From NCBI GenBank assembly GCA_045837725.1, contig JBEWZL010000232.1, positions 248,001 to 312,000 on the forward strand: a stretch of 64,000 bases of DNA, written 5' to 3'. Each line of letters starts with the position of its first letter. The first letter of the stretch is position 1. The stretch is from Vermamoeba vermiformis. Lineage: Eukaryota. The translations under genes and the position numbers were made by a program. Below are positions 52,211 through 64,000 of this stretch, piece by piece. The notes under the pieces were generated by a model, which had not been told where the DNA came from, did no database searches, and was given only the letters and a program-made list of their open reading frames with translations.

Positions 52211-53648
52211 TTACAATCGAATGGTGATGACAGAGATATTGTCTTGACTGCCGCTCTATTTGTAAACAACATTAGGCCAATTCTTTATAGTACAAAAGCA
52301 TTCATATTGTGCCTACCTGAATGGCTTTGACGAGCAGTTTGCGGCTCAATTGATCACACGGTAAGTCTTCTTTTGTCATGTCAATCACTTCTTGCACGCC
52401 AACTGTTTCGAACAGCTGCAAGGAGTAACATTAGCACCCACGTGGCACACTACATATAACACCTATCACATTACTTACACCGTCACAGGCGAGTACTAGG
52501 GTCGTGTCTTCAGGCTTCAGCTCTACAGCTGTCACATGCGGCAAGTTGCTGAGATATTCTTTCATCAAGTGATCGCCCAACGAGCGTGTGATTGCAATCA
52601 TTCCTAATGCACGAGAGGTCAATACACACCTGTTGCAGCACACAACACCTCACTGCGTACCATTGACACGACCATTGTTCACAAATCCACCTGCATCGCG
52701 CACACGTTGTGCTTCTTTTTCATCATTGGCAGTGTGATCCACAGTCAATTTCACGGCTTCACCACCGCGGCTAGTATTGTAATTGCGTCAACAGACAATT
52801 CATTTGTAACACGATGTTAATACTCACCTCAAAATAGCAGCAGCGTCACCGGCATTGGCCACGAACAACACGCGCTTGGGCTGATTGTCAACCACTACTT
52901 GTCGAATAAGTGCAATAACAACACAAGCACCTGCAACGACATGTAAATAGATATCATATATATACATCTCAATATATCTTACCAGCGCTGGGAACGTCAG
53001 TTTTCATAGCGAGATCTGCTTTAACGAATACAGTTGTGAGCACGTCTTTCATTTTTTCTTCGTTGTAATCTGCGTCAGTGAGGTCTTTAATCTCGTCTAA
53101 TAAGAACTGTAGTAATAAAGAACACGTGAGATTGCAGATTACTAAGGAATCAGAATTGACATTGCGAGCTTGGAGCCAATAACGTTAACTCGCGCAGCTT
53201 ATTCATAGTATTAACACAACGTACCTGATGTAATTTATCTTTGCACCAATCAGCGGCTTCTTTACCGCCATGGCCGTCAAATACACCAAAATATCCTTGG
53301 TGCGACACTCCGCCAAAGTTATCAATAATGGCATGTGCGTCCTATATAATTATAATTTAATTCTTCAAGAGGATAAGGCACAAATCTGTTGTGTTTTAAA
53401 AGCGAATTTTCAAATTAATTTTTTAATTGATTTTTTATGTCAATATTACCAGCCGCGTTTCAGCAAATTAAGAGCAAGAATTAACAATAAATATGTAAAT
53501 ACTATAAATTGAACATTATTTTGACCAGCGGTGGTTGATTTACCTCCATTTTTCTTCTGCGACCGCGATCAGCAGCCACTCCAGCTTCTTTAACTGAAGT
53601 GAATGCAATTTTCTCTTCTACTTTATCAGCAACTTTTTCTTCGGCCAT
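52211..53648 (-). CDS. PP2C/PPM protein phosphatase
   Basis: GRRRKMED, GVFDGHGG, VANAGDA, AITRSLGD, LACDG and SQDNISV motifs across many short exons. Confidence 0.93.
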
Positions 53649-54092
53649 TGTGCAATAATTTGTAATATGTAGTGTTGCAACGCACAATAAAAGTTAGAAA
53701 GATTTCACGCACAGACCTGAGCACAACAACGCTTGCTCAAAATGAGATTTTATTTGTAATTACAGCATTAACGGCACCGCACCAAAATTAAGCACTGAAT
53801 TACGTTGCTAATGAAGCTGAAATGCTGCGTTAATTTTATTTGTTTGGATCTGCAGAGATAATTCAAACCCAACTACAGCGACCATTAAAGGTACATGTAA
53901 AAATGCAGCGAAATTCTACAATTGGTGCCGGGCACACTCTGGACGTCAAATGAATGTCAATTCTGGCAGCGCAACACGGCAATTAATCAGTGATTAATAA
54001 TTATTTATAGTAGAATTTTTTTTTTTTTTTTTTTTTTCCTTGTGGCGCTCGTGTTCTTGTTTTAACGCTACACTTTGTAACGGAACAGCACA

Positions 54093-54584
54093 ATGTCGGT
54101 CCTTACCACTAAAAATCCAGCCTCACTTGTGGGAGCATTGTACTATAACTGCTTAGTTGTGATAGTTATGTCGACGATCTTCGTTGGTACAGCTATAAGC
54201 GGAGTAACGGATGATAAGGACTCGATCCAAGAGGGCTTTTTTTTGGTTCTCTCTGTTGTTCCAAGCGTATTATTAGCATTAATTGGTATGGGAATGATGA
54301 AGAAAGGCGTTGCTCCCGGAGATAATCAACCATTAATTTTTGGAGTTCTTTCGCTGATCTTGGCTATCGGTGAAGGTTTCATGGCAGCCATTTGTCTTTC
54401 TGGATTAATTCAGGTAAGCGTGGTCATTTATGATGAATTTAAGAGCGGTGCGTAATTTTTGTAACAAAAATAGAAAATGTACGCCGCAGTCGCAGCTTTA
54501 CAATTCAGCAGCACTATCCTCGCGATTATGTTATGGCAATCTGTAGTTAAGCCTGAAGATTTTGTCCACTTTGAACGAGTGTAA
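54093..54584 (+). CDS. Small four-TM membrane protein
   Basis: Two exons with four hydrophobic segments; ends DFVHFERV. Confidence 0.65.
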
Positions 54585-54690
54585 TGAAGTCAACGGTTCC
54601 TCTAAAGGATTTGGATTTGCTTGATCTTGTATTTTATTTACACTAAAAGACTTTCTACATAATGCACAAGTAACACTAGCTTTCATATAA

Positions 54691-55798
54691 TTACTTGTCG
54701 GTGGTCAGCACAGGAATATAGTAGGTCAAGAACAAATCATCGAGCAGCACATGCAACACGAGGGCTTGGTTCTCAACGATGCAGCAAATTACGTTCTGCG
54801 GCGAGACTTGATAGCTGTACAAGAACTTGACGAACTTCTTGATGTCGACTTTGACCGAGGCTGATTGCTCAGGGGTGTGGCGCGGTGGACTTCTACCCTC
54901 TGTTACCCGATTAGCACACCATGCATAATAGTAACTATGAAGTACATACCGATATGAGGGTGCTCTAAATTGCGATAGAACGTCGCGACTGAGACCATGT
55001 CCGTCTCAACTTTTAATGTTAGTTCTCCAGCCATGTTCGCTTGCATGGTCAAGTAGTCGTCCAAGTTCTTCATGTGATCGACGACACTGCGCAACAACTT
55101 CAAGGGCGGCATCATAATGTACACTTCTGGGTCAGGCAGAGTAGGCTCGACAAACGCGGCCACTTGAAGAGGACCAAGCAAGTTGATAGGAATGTCGTGA
55201 TTGACTGTCATCGCTTGAGTTGTCTACCAAGAAAATCAGCCACGATCTCGACATTAATTGTTGTCATAGAATAATACTTACAGTGGTCTCGATACACAAC
55301 GAGAGATAAGGAATGCCATTCTTTTTCGTGAGTTTGACCAAAGTCTCTTGCGCGTATTGACTTGATTTTAGTGCTCTTTGTAAGTGATCTAAGGTGATGT
55401 TGAATGATATTTCATTGTTGTTCATGCTTTCGACGGTGTAATCCGAGAATAATGAGGCCTGATCCCAAAATTAATCAGAAAAATTTCAAATAATTATTTT
55501 TTGGCTAATTTGAGAGCATTTACGATTTACTATTACTCGTATTATTATTATAAATATTTTTATAATTTATTGGAAACTTACGGCGTTCATTCCGGCCCAA
55601 ACTTGAAATCCATCAGTTATATCGCAAACTAAAATGAATTGAATCTTTCGTTGCGACAAATGAATGACGCAAGTCTTATTAATCTTTTCGATGGTTTGAA
55701 CCACCCCTAAAAGCAAAGTCAATCGCGAATCTAACGAGCAAGTCTAATTACTTACGTAAAAACAAGCCAGTATCTTGAATCTTTGCCTTAAATCGCAT
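54691..55798 (-). CDS. HUS1: 9-1-1 checkpoint clamp subunit HUS1
   Basis: MRFKAKI, VKLTKKNGIPYLSL, NHDIPI, EPTLPDPEVYIMMPPL, LRSVVDHMKNL, ANMAGEL, LTYYIPV. Confidence 0.92.
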
Positions 55799-55976
55799 TT
55801 TAGTTGTGTTGTGGTCGCTGTAATCGTTATGAAAATGAAACCAACAAAAGTTCTTCGAATTTTTTCTCGGAACTCAAAGCCCGCGCAAAGTTACCGTTGA
55901 CGAAATTCAAAAATAAGAAAATGAAAATTGGTTGCTCACCGCAAATAAACCTTACCAAAGCAGCACGTACCACAAC

Positions 55977-57419
55977 ATGGATCAAGAAATTGAAATTATC
56001 CCTGGTATGACTTTTTTTGTTAAACTTGGGCTAATCTGCCTTTCTCAACCTTCGTGTTTACTAATAATACTCTATTAAGGTCGATTATCATTTGCGTTTT
56101 ATTCGGATAAACCAAAAAGAATACGTAACAGACACACGTTTACACTGGACAACCAGGTGATCTACATCCCTTTTTACAAAGATTTCGGTCCCCCAAACAC
56201 CGCCGTACTTTATCGCTTTTGCCAACGCATTCATAAAAAGATGGTATGAATAATATTATTTGTATTTGCATTAATTAACCAATTTTTTTAGCACGTCAAC
56301 CCCAAAGTAGTCTTCTACTCTCAATCGGCTGGTGAAAAACTAACTAACTCTGTATTTTTAATGGCTGCTTATTGTGTAAGCGAATTTTATCTGTCTTGTT
56401 TGGTGACACATTACTAAGCAGCCCGTAGATTATGATCCGTAACCAAAGTGCTGAAGAAACACAAAAGCAATTCGAAATTTATGACGGTAAGATATTTGCA
56501 AATATCTGCAAGAGACAACGGCAATTAACAAAGCTTTAGAATACTTGATTCCTTTCCGCGACGCTGGATCAGAAAATGACACCTTCGGTTTAACTGTTTG
56601 GGACTGCATCTCTGGCTTGGAGAAAGGAAAGAAGTTCGGTTGGATTGACTTGCAAGGCTTCAATGTTCGAGAGTAAGTCGTTATATTTCTAAAAGCTCAG
56701 CCGAGGCTAACTGTATTGAAGGTACGAACATTACGAGCGTGTAGAGAACGGTGACTTGAATTGGATCATCCCTGGCAAGATTATGGCCTGTGCCTCACCG
56801 ACTGATACTCCCACTGACAGCAACTACGTCAAGACTCATCCCCCAGCCACCTACATTGACCTCTTCAAGAAGTTTGGTGTCAACACCTTGATCCGCTTAA
56901 ACGAAAAGATTTACAACGCACAACACTTTGAGAAAGTTGGCATTGAGCACTTTGACCTCTATTTTGACGACGGCACGACACCTTCAACACGCATTGTACA
57001 TAAGTTCATTGAAATCCTCGAAGCTGATCATCGTGTCGTGGCTGTCCATTGCAAACAAGGTCTTGGCCGTACTGGCACTCTGAACGCGTGCTACTTGATG
57101 AAATACTACGACATTAACACCCGAGAGATCATTGGCTTTACTCGCGTTCAGCGTCCTGGTTCAATCGTTGGTGTGCAGCAATTCTTCCTTGAAAGGTAAG
57201 TTACCACTAAATTAACGCATCCACACAAGCTAACGAATTTTTCAAACTAGAATGGAACCTCTTATTAAGAAGAGTGTGCGCAAGCCTGGATTCAGTTTGG
57301 CTCTGAACAAGTCCACCGAATCTAAGAGTGACGAGTCGCTGGAAGAGTCTGATACAGCTCTCACTTCCATCAGCACCATTGCGCGCAAGCGAAAGCATTC
57401 ATCTTCCCAGACCAAGTGA
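55977..57419 (+). CDS. CDC14: Cdc14-family dual-specificity phosphatase
   Basis: YIPFYKDFGP, PFRDAG, YEHYERVENGDLNWIIPGK, IRLNEKIY, FDDGTTP, HCKQGLGRTG, RPGSIVG. Confidence 0.92.
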
Positions 57420-57782
57420 AGCAACAATGTATTTATAACCCAAACCCGAGAACTCGACCTGTAAAATCTAACCCAACCCAGCCCTCGTTGAACGAGCAGC
57501 AAACCAATTTTGAAAGTGGTTGAAATAAAACGCAACCGCGGCGCATATCATTAATGTAATTTCAGTTTTAATGTTATGTACAACGGCTATATTTACAAGT
57601 TGGGAGGCACTCAGGCTTCGTGCTGCAGCTTGAAAATTTGCAGAATTTTGAAGTGATTTGACTGTGTTTAACTTACCCAGGCACGGCTCTTACCTAAAAT
57701 GATTAGCGAAGGATGAAAACAAAATTAAGCTGCAACACGAAGCCCAAGCAAAGTGGTGAGTTGCACACGCGGATCGAGTAGC

Positions 57783-58845
57783 TTATTCGACTTGAATCAT
57801 GTCCACAGCGACAGTTTCAGTGACAGTGGTGACAGTCGTTGTTGTTTCAACTTCTAATTTTGGTCTTTTAGGCTCGGGCTCGCCATCAACAATAGCCTCT
57901 TCTTCCTCTCGGTGACGTTTTTGACCAACATGCGTCTCATCGCCACTATTGTTAGTAACACTCGCGCTTACGTCGGCCACATCAACGTCATCGAGTTCTT
58001 CATCAACGGGCTCTTCACGATTGACAGTGCTCTTGGTCTCAATGACCAAGGATTCTTCAACCTTGGTGCCATTACTGGTACTAACCTCATGCGATTCAAT
58101 TGTTGTGCTCACGAGCACCTCATTGTGGATCTCAGCGTCGTTGATGACAGTGCTCGTTTGAACGATTGTCTCTTCGCGCACGCTTGTGGGAGGAGAATCA
58201 ATGTCTAGATCGACCTCTTCGTCGTCTTCCTCCACTGTCGCCTGCTGGTCAGTGCTCACTACAGCAGCGTTGCTAACTACATCATCCACGCTGTTGTCCA
58301 AGAGGGCTGAGACGGGTGCGTGATCGACTACATTGCAAATGACTACGTTAGCCCCGTCAAAGTACGAGGTGTCCAAGGATAATGAACGATCGTTACCTTT
58401 GCATTGTTGAAGCAAAGCAGTCCAGCGCTCATTGAATGCTTGTTGCTCGTCTTCCACAACGAGTAGCAGTGGATCTTGCGTGGACTGTTGGTGCAGAGCA
58501 AGCAGGTGGAGAGGTGTTAGTTCCTAAATAAAGACGTCAGATCAGGCTTCGCATAATTAATTCAACTTACCGTTGTGCAAGATAGGGCAGGACTGATACG
58601 CAGGGACATTGAAGGAATGGACAAAGTAGGTTCGCCAGCTAACCGAAAGTGACCGTGGATTTCTCGTAGAAGAAGCTGCAGAGATGATTCAAGAAGATTT
58701 GGCTTATCAACAAATAATATTTCATCGCTCTTTTCACCGGAAAAGTTGTTAACTGTTCGTAAAGGTGCGAAGAGTTGGTAAATCTGGGATGCCACCGAGA
58801 TCAGAATTGTTGGTGCAGTAGTGGGACTCAAAGTCTGGGAAGAAA
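57783..58845 (-). CDS. Hypothetical protein: DUF2420-like N-terminal domain with acidic/NLS-like tail (start uncertain, possibly 59053)
   Basis: Exons PTILISVASQIYQLF..LLESSLQLLLREIH..PTLSIPSMSLRIS and ELTPLHLLALH..PLLLVVEDEQQAFNERWTAL; acidic tail with KRHREEE and PEPKRPK. Confidence 0.55.
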
Positions 58846-59460
58846 CTATAATGCAATTGGTTAGCATTTTTGTTGACAAACAAAAGCAAATCAAATATTT
58901 AGGAATATTCTTCGTTTTTAAGAAAATTAGATCTTTTGTTCTAGACCGTGCCTAAAAAGATTTTTAAGTCTAATGTAACTTACGATTATTAAGAGCATTT
59001 TTTAGGGCAGGAATTTGATCAAAAGACTGGATGCAGTTCGTTGTCTTTTCCATGACGCGTTCTGATAGTGACTAGAATAGAACAGACCTGTTTGTTATAA
59101 TATACACTAATTTCGAATAAACAAAAGATTTGCTTGATGCGACTTCTGTTGTTGTTGCTCGTTCGCTTCGACAGAAAATGATCTGGTCTCTGATCGGACA
59201 CTTCTACCACTGTCAGCCTGGTAAGAAGCCTTCAAACTTGTTTGCTTGCCAGACAATGTGCTGGAGTAATATTAGATGGAGAGGCGCTTTTTCTGTAAGT
59301 TCGAGTCTTCGTTATCAGACCGTTCCGATTAAGTCACGTTTTTTTGGATTGGCCGGTTCGCGGACTTAACTTTGTTGCGCTGCATTTCTTATTTTCGTTG
59401 CTTTATTATAACCGATAACAATACATAAATAATTTAAAAGTTCCTTTTCATTAGCCCATA

Positions 59461-61523
59461 ATGAGTGGTAAGCGATCAGATTAACAACCTGGATTTGTGT
59501 TTTGATTCTTGCGTTCTTTGTCCAAAAATCAATTCATATAGTTTTTATATAACATGAATAACATTTTCATCATTCAGATAAGTCTGGATTGAACTCTTCC
59601 GGTGTCAACTTGGCCGAATATTTGTCCTCTGACAAGAGTAAGCATTACTAATATTCACATAATATAGTATACATCTTGTGTGAGATACGTATACAATTTA
59701 TATAATTTTTGTAAGCTTCAGTAATTAACTCGGTTCCAAATCAGAAAACAAGAGTTGGGCAGATCAAACCATCGAAGAGACCCAAGAACCTGGTAATTAT
59801 CACAATTTATTCACGATCTTAATAATTTTATCCGAGTCGCTAATGATGCTTCGTCACTCCCTTTCTTTGGATTATTCTTGATCACGAACATTCTTCTTTA
59901 TTTCTCTGTAAATTTCAGCTAAATGCACTAAATTTCTTGTTATGATGCTTGACGATCAGCAAATAGTGCGATTCTAAATACCCACCGAAAGTTTTCGATC
60001 TGATCGTATTTTTTCAATAGCTCAAAAGCCCAAGAAGTCTGCTTGGGGTACCGTAGCTCCCCCTAAGTTGGATCGTAAGTTTTTGTTATTGTCACATTTC
60101 GTCTGCAATACCTAACCGAGGTACAGAGGAGATCCAATGGCCCACTCCTGCCCCTTCTCAACAAGAAGCTCCTCGTGAGCGCGAACAACGTGGTCCTCGT
60201 GACTACGATGATCGTCCTCCTCGCGACTACGATGGTGGTCGTCGCGGTGGTTACGGTGGTGGCCGTTATGGTGACCGCGAAGATCGTGGTGATCGTCCTC
60301 CTCGTGACTACGATGGTGGTCGTCGTGGTGGCTACGGCGGTGATCGCGAAGACAGAGGCGAGCGCGGTGGCTACCGTGGTCGTGGCCGTGGAGGGTAAGT
60401 TATCTTAAACACACTATTACAGGTGATATAGTCAAGCTAACACAATACTCAGCTACCGTGGTGGCTATGGCGATCGTGAAGAACGTGGTGATCGTCCTCC
60501 TCGTGATTACGAAGGTGGTCGTCGTTACGGTGATCGTCCTCCTCGCGACTACGAAGGTCGTCGTGGTGAACGTGGTGATCGCGAAGATCGTGAACGTGAT
60601 AACTCCGAAGAGCGTTCTCCTGTCCGTCCTCCTGTTAACTTGCCCACCAACCCTCCTTACACTGCCTTTATTGGCAACTTGCCGTTCTCTCTTACCGAAG
60701 AAGATATTGCTGCCTTCTTCCGCGGCACTGACATCAAGTCCATCCGCTTGCCTGCTGACAAGGACGGCAAGCTCCGCGGCTACGGCTACGTAGAATTTGA
60801 AGATGTTGAATCTTTGGAGAAGGCTCTCCGTTCTACCGGTCGATTTATCTTGGACCGCAAGGTTCGCGTTGACGTCGCCACTGAGCGCAAGCAAGAAGAC
60901 AGACCTCCTCGCCGTGAGCGCCCTGAACGCAGCGACCGTGACAATGGTCCCGCCAACTGGAGATCAGAGCCCAAAGACACTGATCCCCGTGACGGTCACC
61001 AATCTCCTCCCAGAGAGCGCAAGAGACTCGACTTGAAGCCTCGTACTGCTCCCATCTCTGGCCCTGCCTCCACTGGTGGCGCTAACAAGCCCAAGGAAGA
61101 CATCTTTGGTGGTGCTACTCTCTCCGTTGAGAAGCAAAAGAAGCGCGAAGAAGAACTCGCTGCCAAGTTGGCTCAAAGCCGAGACTACGCCGAGAAGAAG
61201 GCTCGCGAAGATAGAGAAAGAGAAAACAACCGCGAGGAAAGAGGCACTTGGAGCAACAACCGCGGTGGCCGAGGTGGTCGCGGTGGTCGCCAACAACACA
61301 GTGACAGGTAAGTCTATAACATAGTATAATAAGCAGTTGACTAACACTGCTCAGAAACGGAAACGACGGCGAGTTCAGAAGCCAAAACAGAGCTAGAACC
61401 TCCAGCCAATCTGAGAAGCGTGACCGTGACAACACCAACACCAAGAAGAAGGGCAACGACGATACTGTCGAGAACAGATTTGCTGCGTTGACCGTTCAAG
61501 GAGGTGATGATGCCGACGAATAA
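59461..61523 (+). CDS. EIF4B: Translation initiation factor eIF4B
   Basis: SWADQT, LPTNPPYTAFIGNLPF RRM, RKRLDLKPRT, DIFGGA, D/R/Y/G-rich repeats; multi-exon. Confidence 0.85.
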
Positions 61524-61774
61524 ACTCGTCGGATCTCTCTTGCGGATCGAATTACATTGAAAAAATTGGACGCTTCTGTTACTCATTTTTGTAAGTACTA
61601 GTCAATTTAGATGTACAAGGCTAACTAATTATTATTAGGACGATTTTTGAGCTGGAGGATCCAAGCAAAAAAATTTTAATATTTAAAAATCCAAACTTGT
61701 TAACATTATTAATACTTGTATTGATCGTATTTAAAAACCTATTTACAAATCATATGTTTATTAATGTACAGTTG

Positions 61775-62408
61775 TTATTTGGCTTGCGGTTTGTCTTTCT
61801 TTTTTCGTTTTGCTTTGGAAAGTTTGATATGAATAGCAGAGTTGTACCGCACTTGTGTTAATACTGGCAGATTCTGGTATCAAATAATTAGATGTTAATC
61901 AGGGAGTATTTGTGTCACATACCGGTTCTAAGGGTTCAAAATCGTCGATTAGAGGTTCAGTGGATGTCGTTGTTGAGGCTACCAAGTCTCCAAGACTTCG
62001 TTTAACAATACTCAACGCAAGGTCTACGGCTAGATTAATAGCTGCACCAAGTCCGTGGATAACAACCTCGGCATCACTGCAAAAATGACAGATCAGTACT
62101 TTTGCTTGAGATCGCAACTAACTTACGGGTCTTTATCGAAGATTTTGGCTACTCGCTTGCTTGCAACGACAAAATTTGTTTGTGTAGATACGTAAATCTC
62201 GTTTTTCTTGCCGAACGTACGAATAGGCGGCCGTTTTACCATTCGATCTGCCAATAATTCCAAAAATTCAGAAAAAAATCGAATTAAATGCACTGAATAT
62301 CATACATTTAGTAGGATCGACGTCGTGTATTTCTGGAAATTCCCAGCCCCAGGTTGCGTCACCTTCTTCCTCGATCTCCATGTTATCTTCGGTTTCTTGC
62401 TTATCCAT
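61775..62408 (-). CDS. POP7: RNase P/MRP subunit Rpp20/Pop7 (Alba-like)
   Basis: VKRPP..NEIYVSTQTNF, VVIHGLGAAINLAVDLAL, TSTEPLIDDFEP, RYNSAIHIKL. Confidence 0.9.
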
Positions 62409-62728
62409 GACTGAGTATGGACGTCAAAGCAGTTGGAATCGCAAGTATTTAGCCGTCAAGATAGCCTTGAGCCGTGGCAGTGGATGATAAGCACGTGGGT
62501 TTGAGCTTTTATCAATTTTAGTTTGATTTTTGAACACGAAACTTTTGAATTTATTTGACTGCAGGAGCGAAGTAAAGAAAGACACAAAGGGCAGCTATCT
62601 TATATATTTTTTTCATTGCTATTATTGGGCACCTAGCTCCTATCCAATGAACAACTAGAGGCTAGTTTACTTCCCGCATCAAAAAAAATCAAAAAATTAA
62701 ATAAAAGCAGCGCAACGCATGAATTAAG

Positions 62729-64000
62729 ATGGCAATGATTCAACGTAGAGACATCCTTGATAAGAAGGATGAGGCCGAACATGTAAGTCGATATCAAAGC
62801 TCAAAGGGCAACCCACATAAGATCGGATCGCTGCAGAAACATTCTCGTTTTCTGAAGAGCTGATTTAAGTGAAATTACATTATTCAACCATTTTTTGCTC
62901 GGCACAGTATCTCAAACGTGATCCAGTGCCACTTCCAATCGAGCTACACAATGGTTGACTTTTTCCTTTTATGGAAGTCCCTGTCATTGCTAACGCAACA
63001 TTTTTAGTTTTGGTCCGAACACTTTCGAAAGCTGCTTGAAATGACAGCCGGCAAGAGCGAGCAAGAAACAAATTCAATTCTCGTCGGTCTGGTACGTACA
63101 TACATGTCACACTTCTAAAAATAGGCTCACACGTGATAGGTCTCTTCAATGGATCGACACAACGAGATCACTGAAGGAATCATGTACGGCATTATGACCG
63201 ACAAAACCAACGCGTTAAAGGTATGCGCATAATATCTTCGCTAAAAATATTATTAACCATTCTGATAGTACTTTCAATACTTGAATTTGGTGAATAGAGA
63301 CAAGTTCAGCTGCTGCATTCAACGACTTAGATTTCTATGCCTCGATCGATACGCAAAACTGACCGACACTGCAAGAGTTCAAGTACGTCCACTCAAACTG
63401 TAGTATACCAATACTAACCGTGCCTGTAGCTGTTATGGTTCGTGAACCGAATGATTGATCTCGATGTGCGCGAGACAGATGCGCTGTTCAACGCATTATT
63501 GCGACAAATTGTCACGGGGGATCTGACGCCAAAGAACATTTGGCTTATTCATCAAATGATGGACATGTGGACGAATCATCAAAGCTGGGTCTTAACTCAA
63601 CCCGCTTTGCTGCCACAATTGTTATACACCATTTTATCTGTCATGGTCGATCACTTTAAGCCTGGCTTTGAGGCCGTGAAAGATCGAGAAGTGGCCCTGT
63701 GTCTACAGATCTTAAAAGAACGGGCCAATGAAGTGAAGGTCATTGGACGCGATTTAATTCGACTCGTGCAACAAGTGGCGTATTATCCCGAGTTTGATGA
63801 CATTTGGCGCGACATTCTCAACAACAAACAGTCGCCGTTGTACTTCCCAGAACTCACTAAGATGCGCACGTCTCGGCTGTATTTCCAATTGCGGTCACAG
63901 CCTGAGATGGAATCGTTATTGCTCTTCATCATGAAACAGGTACGAGAAGCTTAACAGCCTTATCATAGCCGCGACTAATTGTGACGTTTAACAGGTCAAA
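62729..64000 (+). CDS. INTS3: Integrator complex subunit 3 (5' part; runs off window end)
   Basis: DILDKKDEAE, LLRQIVTGDLTPKNIWL, IGRDLIRLVQQVA..PEFDDIWRDIL, RTSRLYFQLR..PEME..LLFIM. Confidence 0.9.

Noticed and set aside
54016-54037. 22-nt poly(T) tract
   Set aside because: Simple homopolymer in a divergent promoter; no associated retroelement or Pol III gene seen.
59850-60005. Box C/D snoRNA in eIF4B intron 3 (ATGATG...CTGA)
   Set aside because: The C box is imperfect, no terminal stem is seen, and the CTGAT is better explained as the branch site.
1-64000. tRNA, rRNA, CRISPR arrays or intact transposase/reverse transcriptase genes
   Set aside because: None recognised by eye; a covariance-model scan could still find small RNAs.

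Overview
Gene-dense eukaryotic nuclear DNA with about 27 protein-coding genes, short introns (mostly GT-AG with CTAAC/CTAAT/CTGAC branch sites) and short, often divergent intergenic spacers. It is probably an amoebozoan protist; this is inferred mainly from an LRR+GBD/FH3+RasGEF gene resembling Dictyostelium GefL. Recognisable genes: ELYS-like (partial), NIP30/FAM192A-like, GPR107/108-like, HIBADH, BDP1, mitochondrial-type CysRS, PfpI/DJ-1, CTR9, ALDH, a MAPR/cytochrome b5-like protein, a DYRK kinase, RPS15, ASCC2, YME1/FtsH, selenophosphate synthetase, DUF1415, PP2C, HUS1, CDC14, eIF4B, RPP20/POP7 and INTS3 (partial). The most striking feature is one two-exon gene (11734..7935, minus strand, about 1216 aa) that appears to fuse TFIIE-beta, TFIIE-alpha and an XPB/Ssl2 helicase in a single polypeptide. 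The selenophosphate synthetase gene carries an in-frame UGA (Sec), a type II SECIS, a U12-type intron and a GC-AG intron. Also notable are a PH-like/PX/EHD-like NTPase fusion, an ELYS N-terminal propeller-like region and a 1.9 kb gene-free decayed repeat region. All family assignments come from manual motif recognition; no searches were run.
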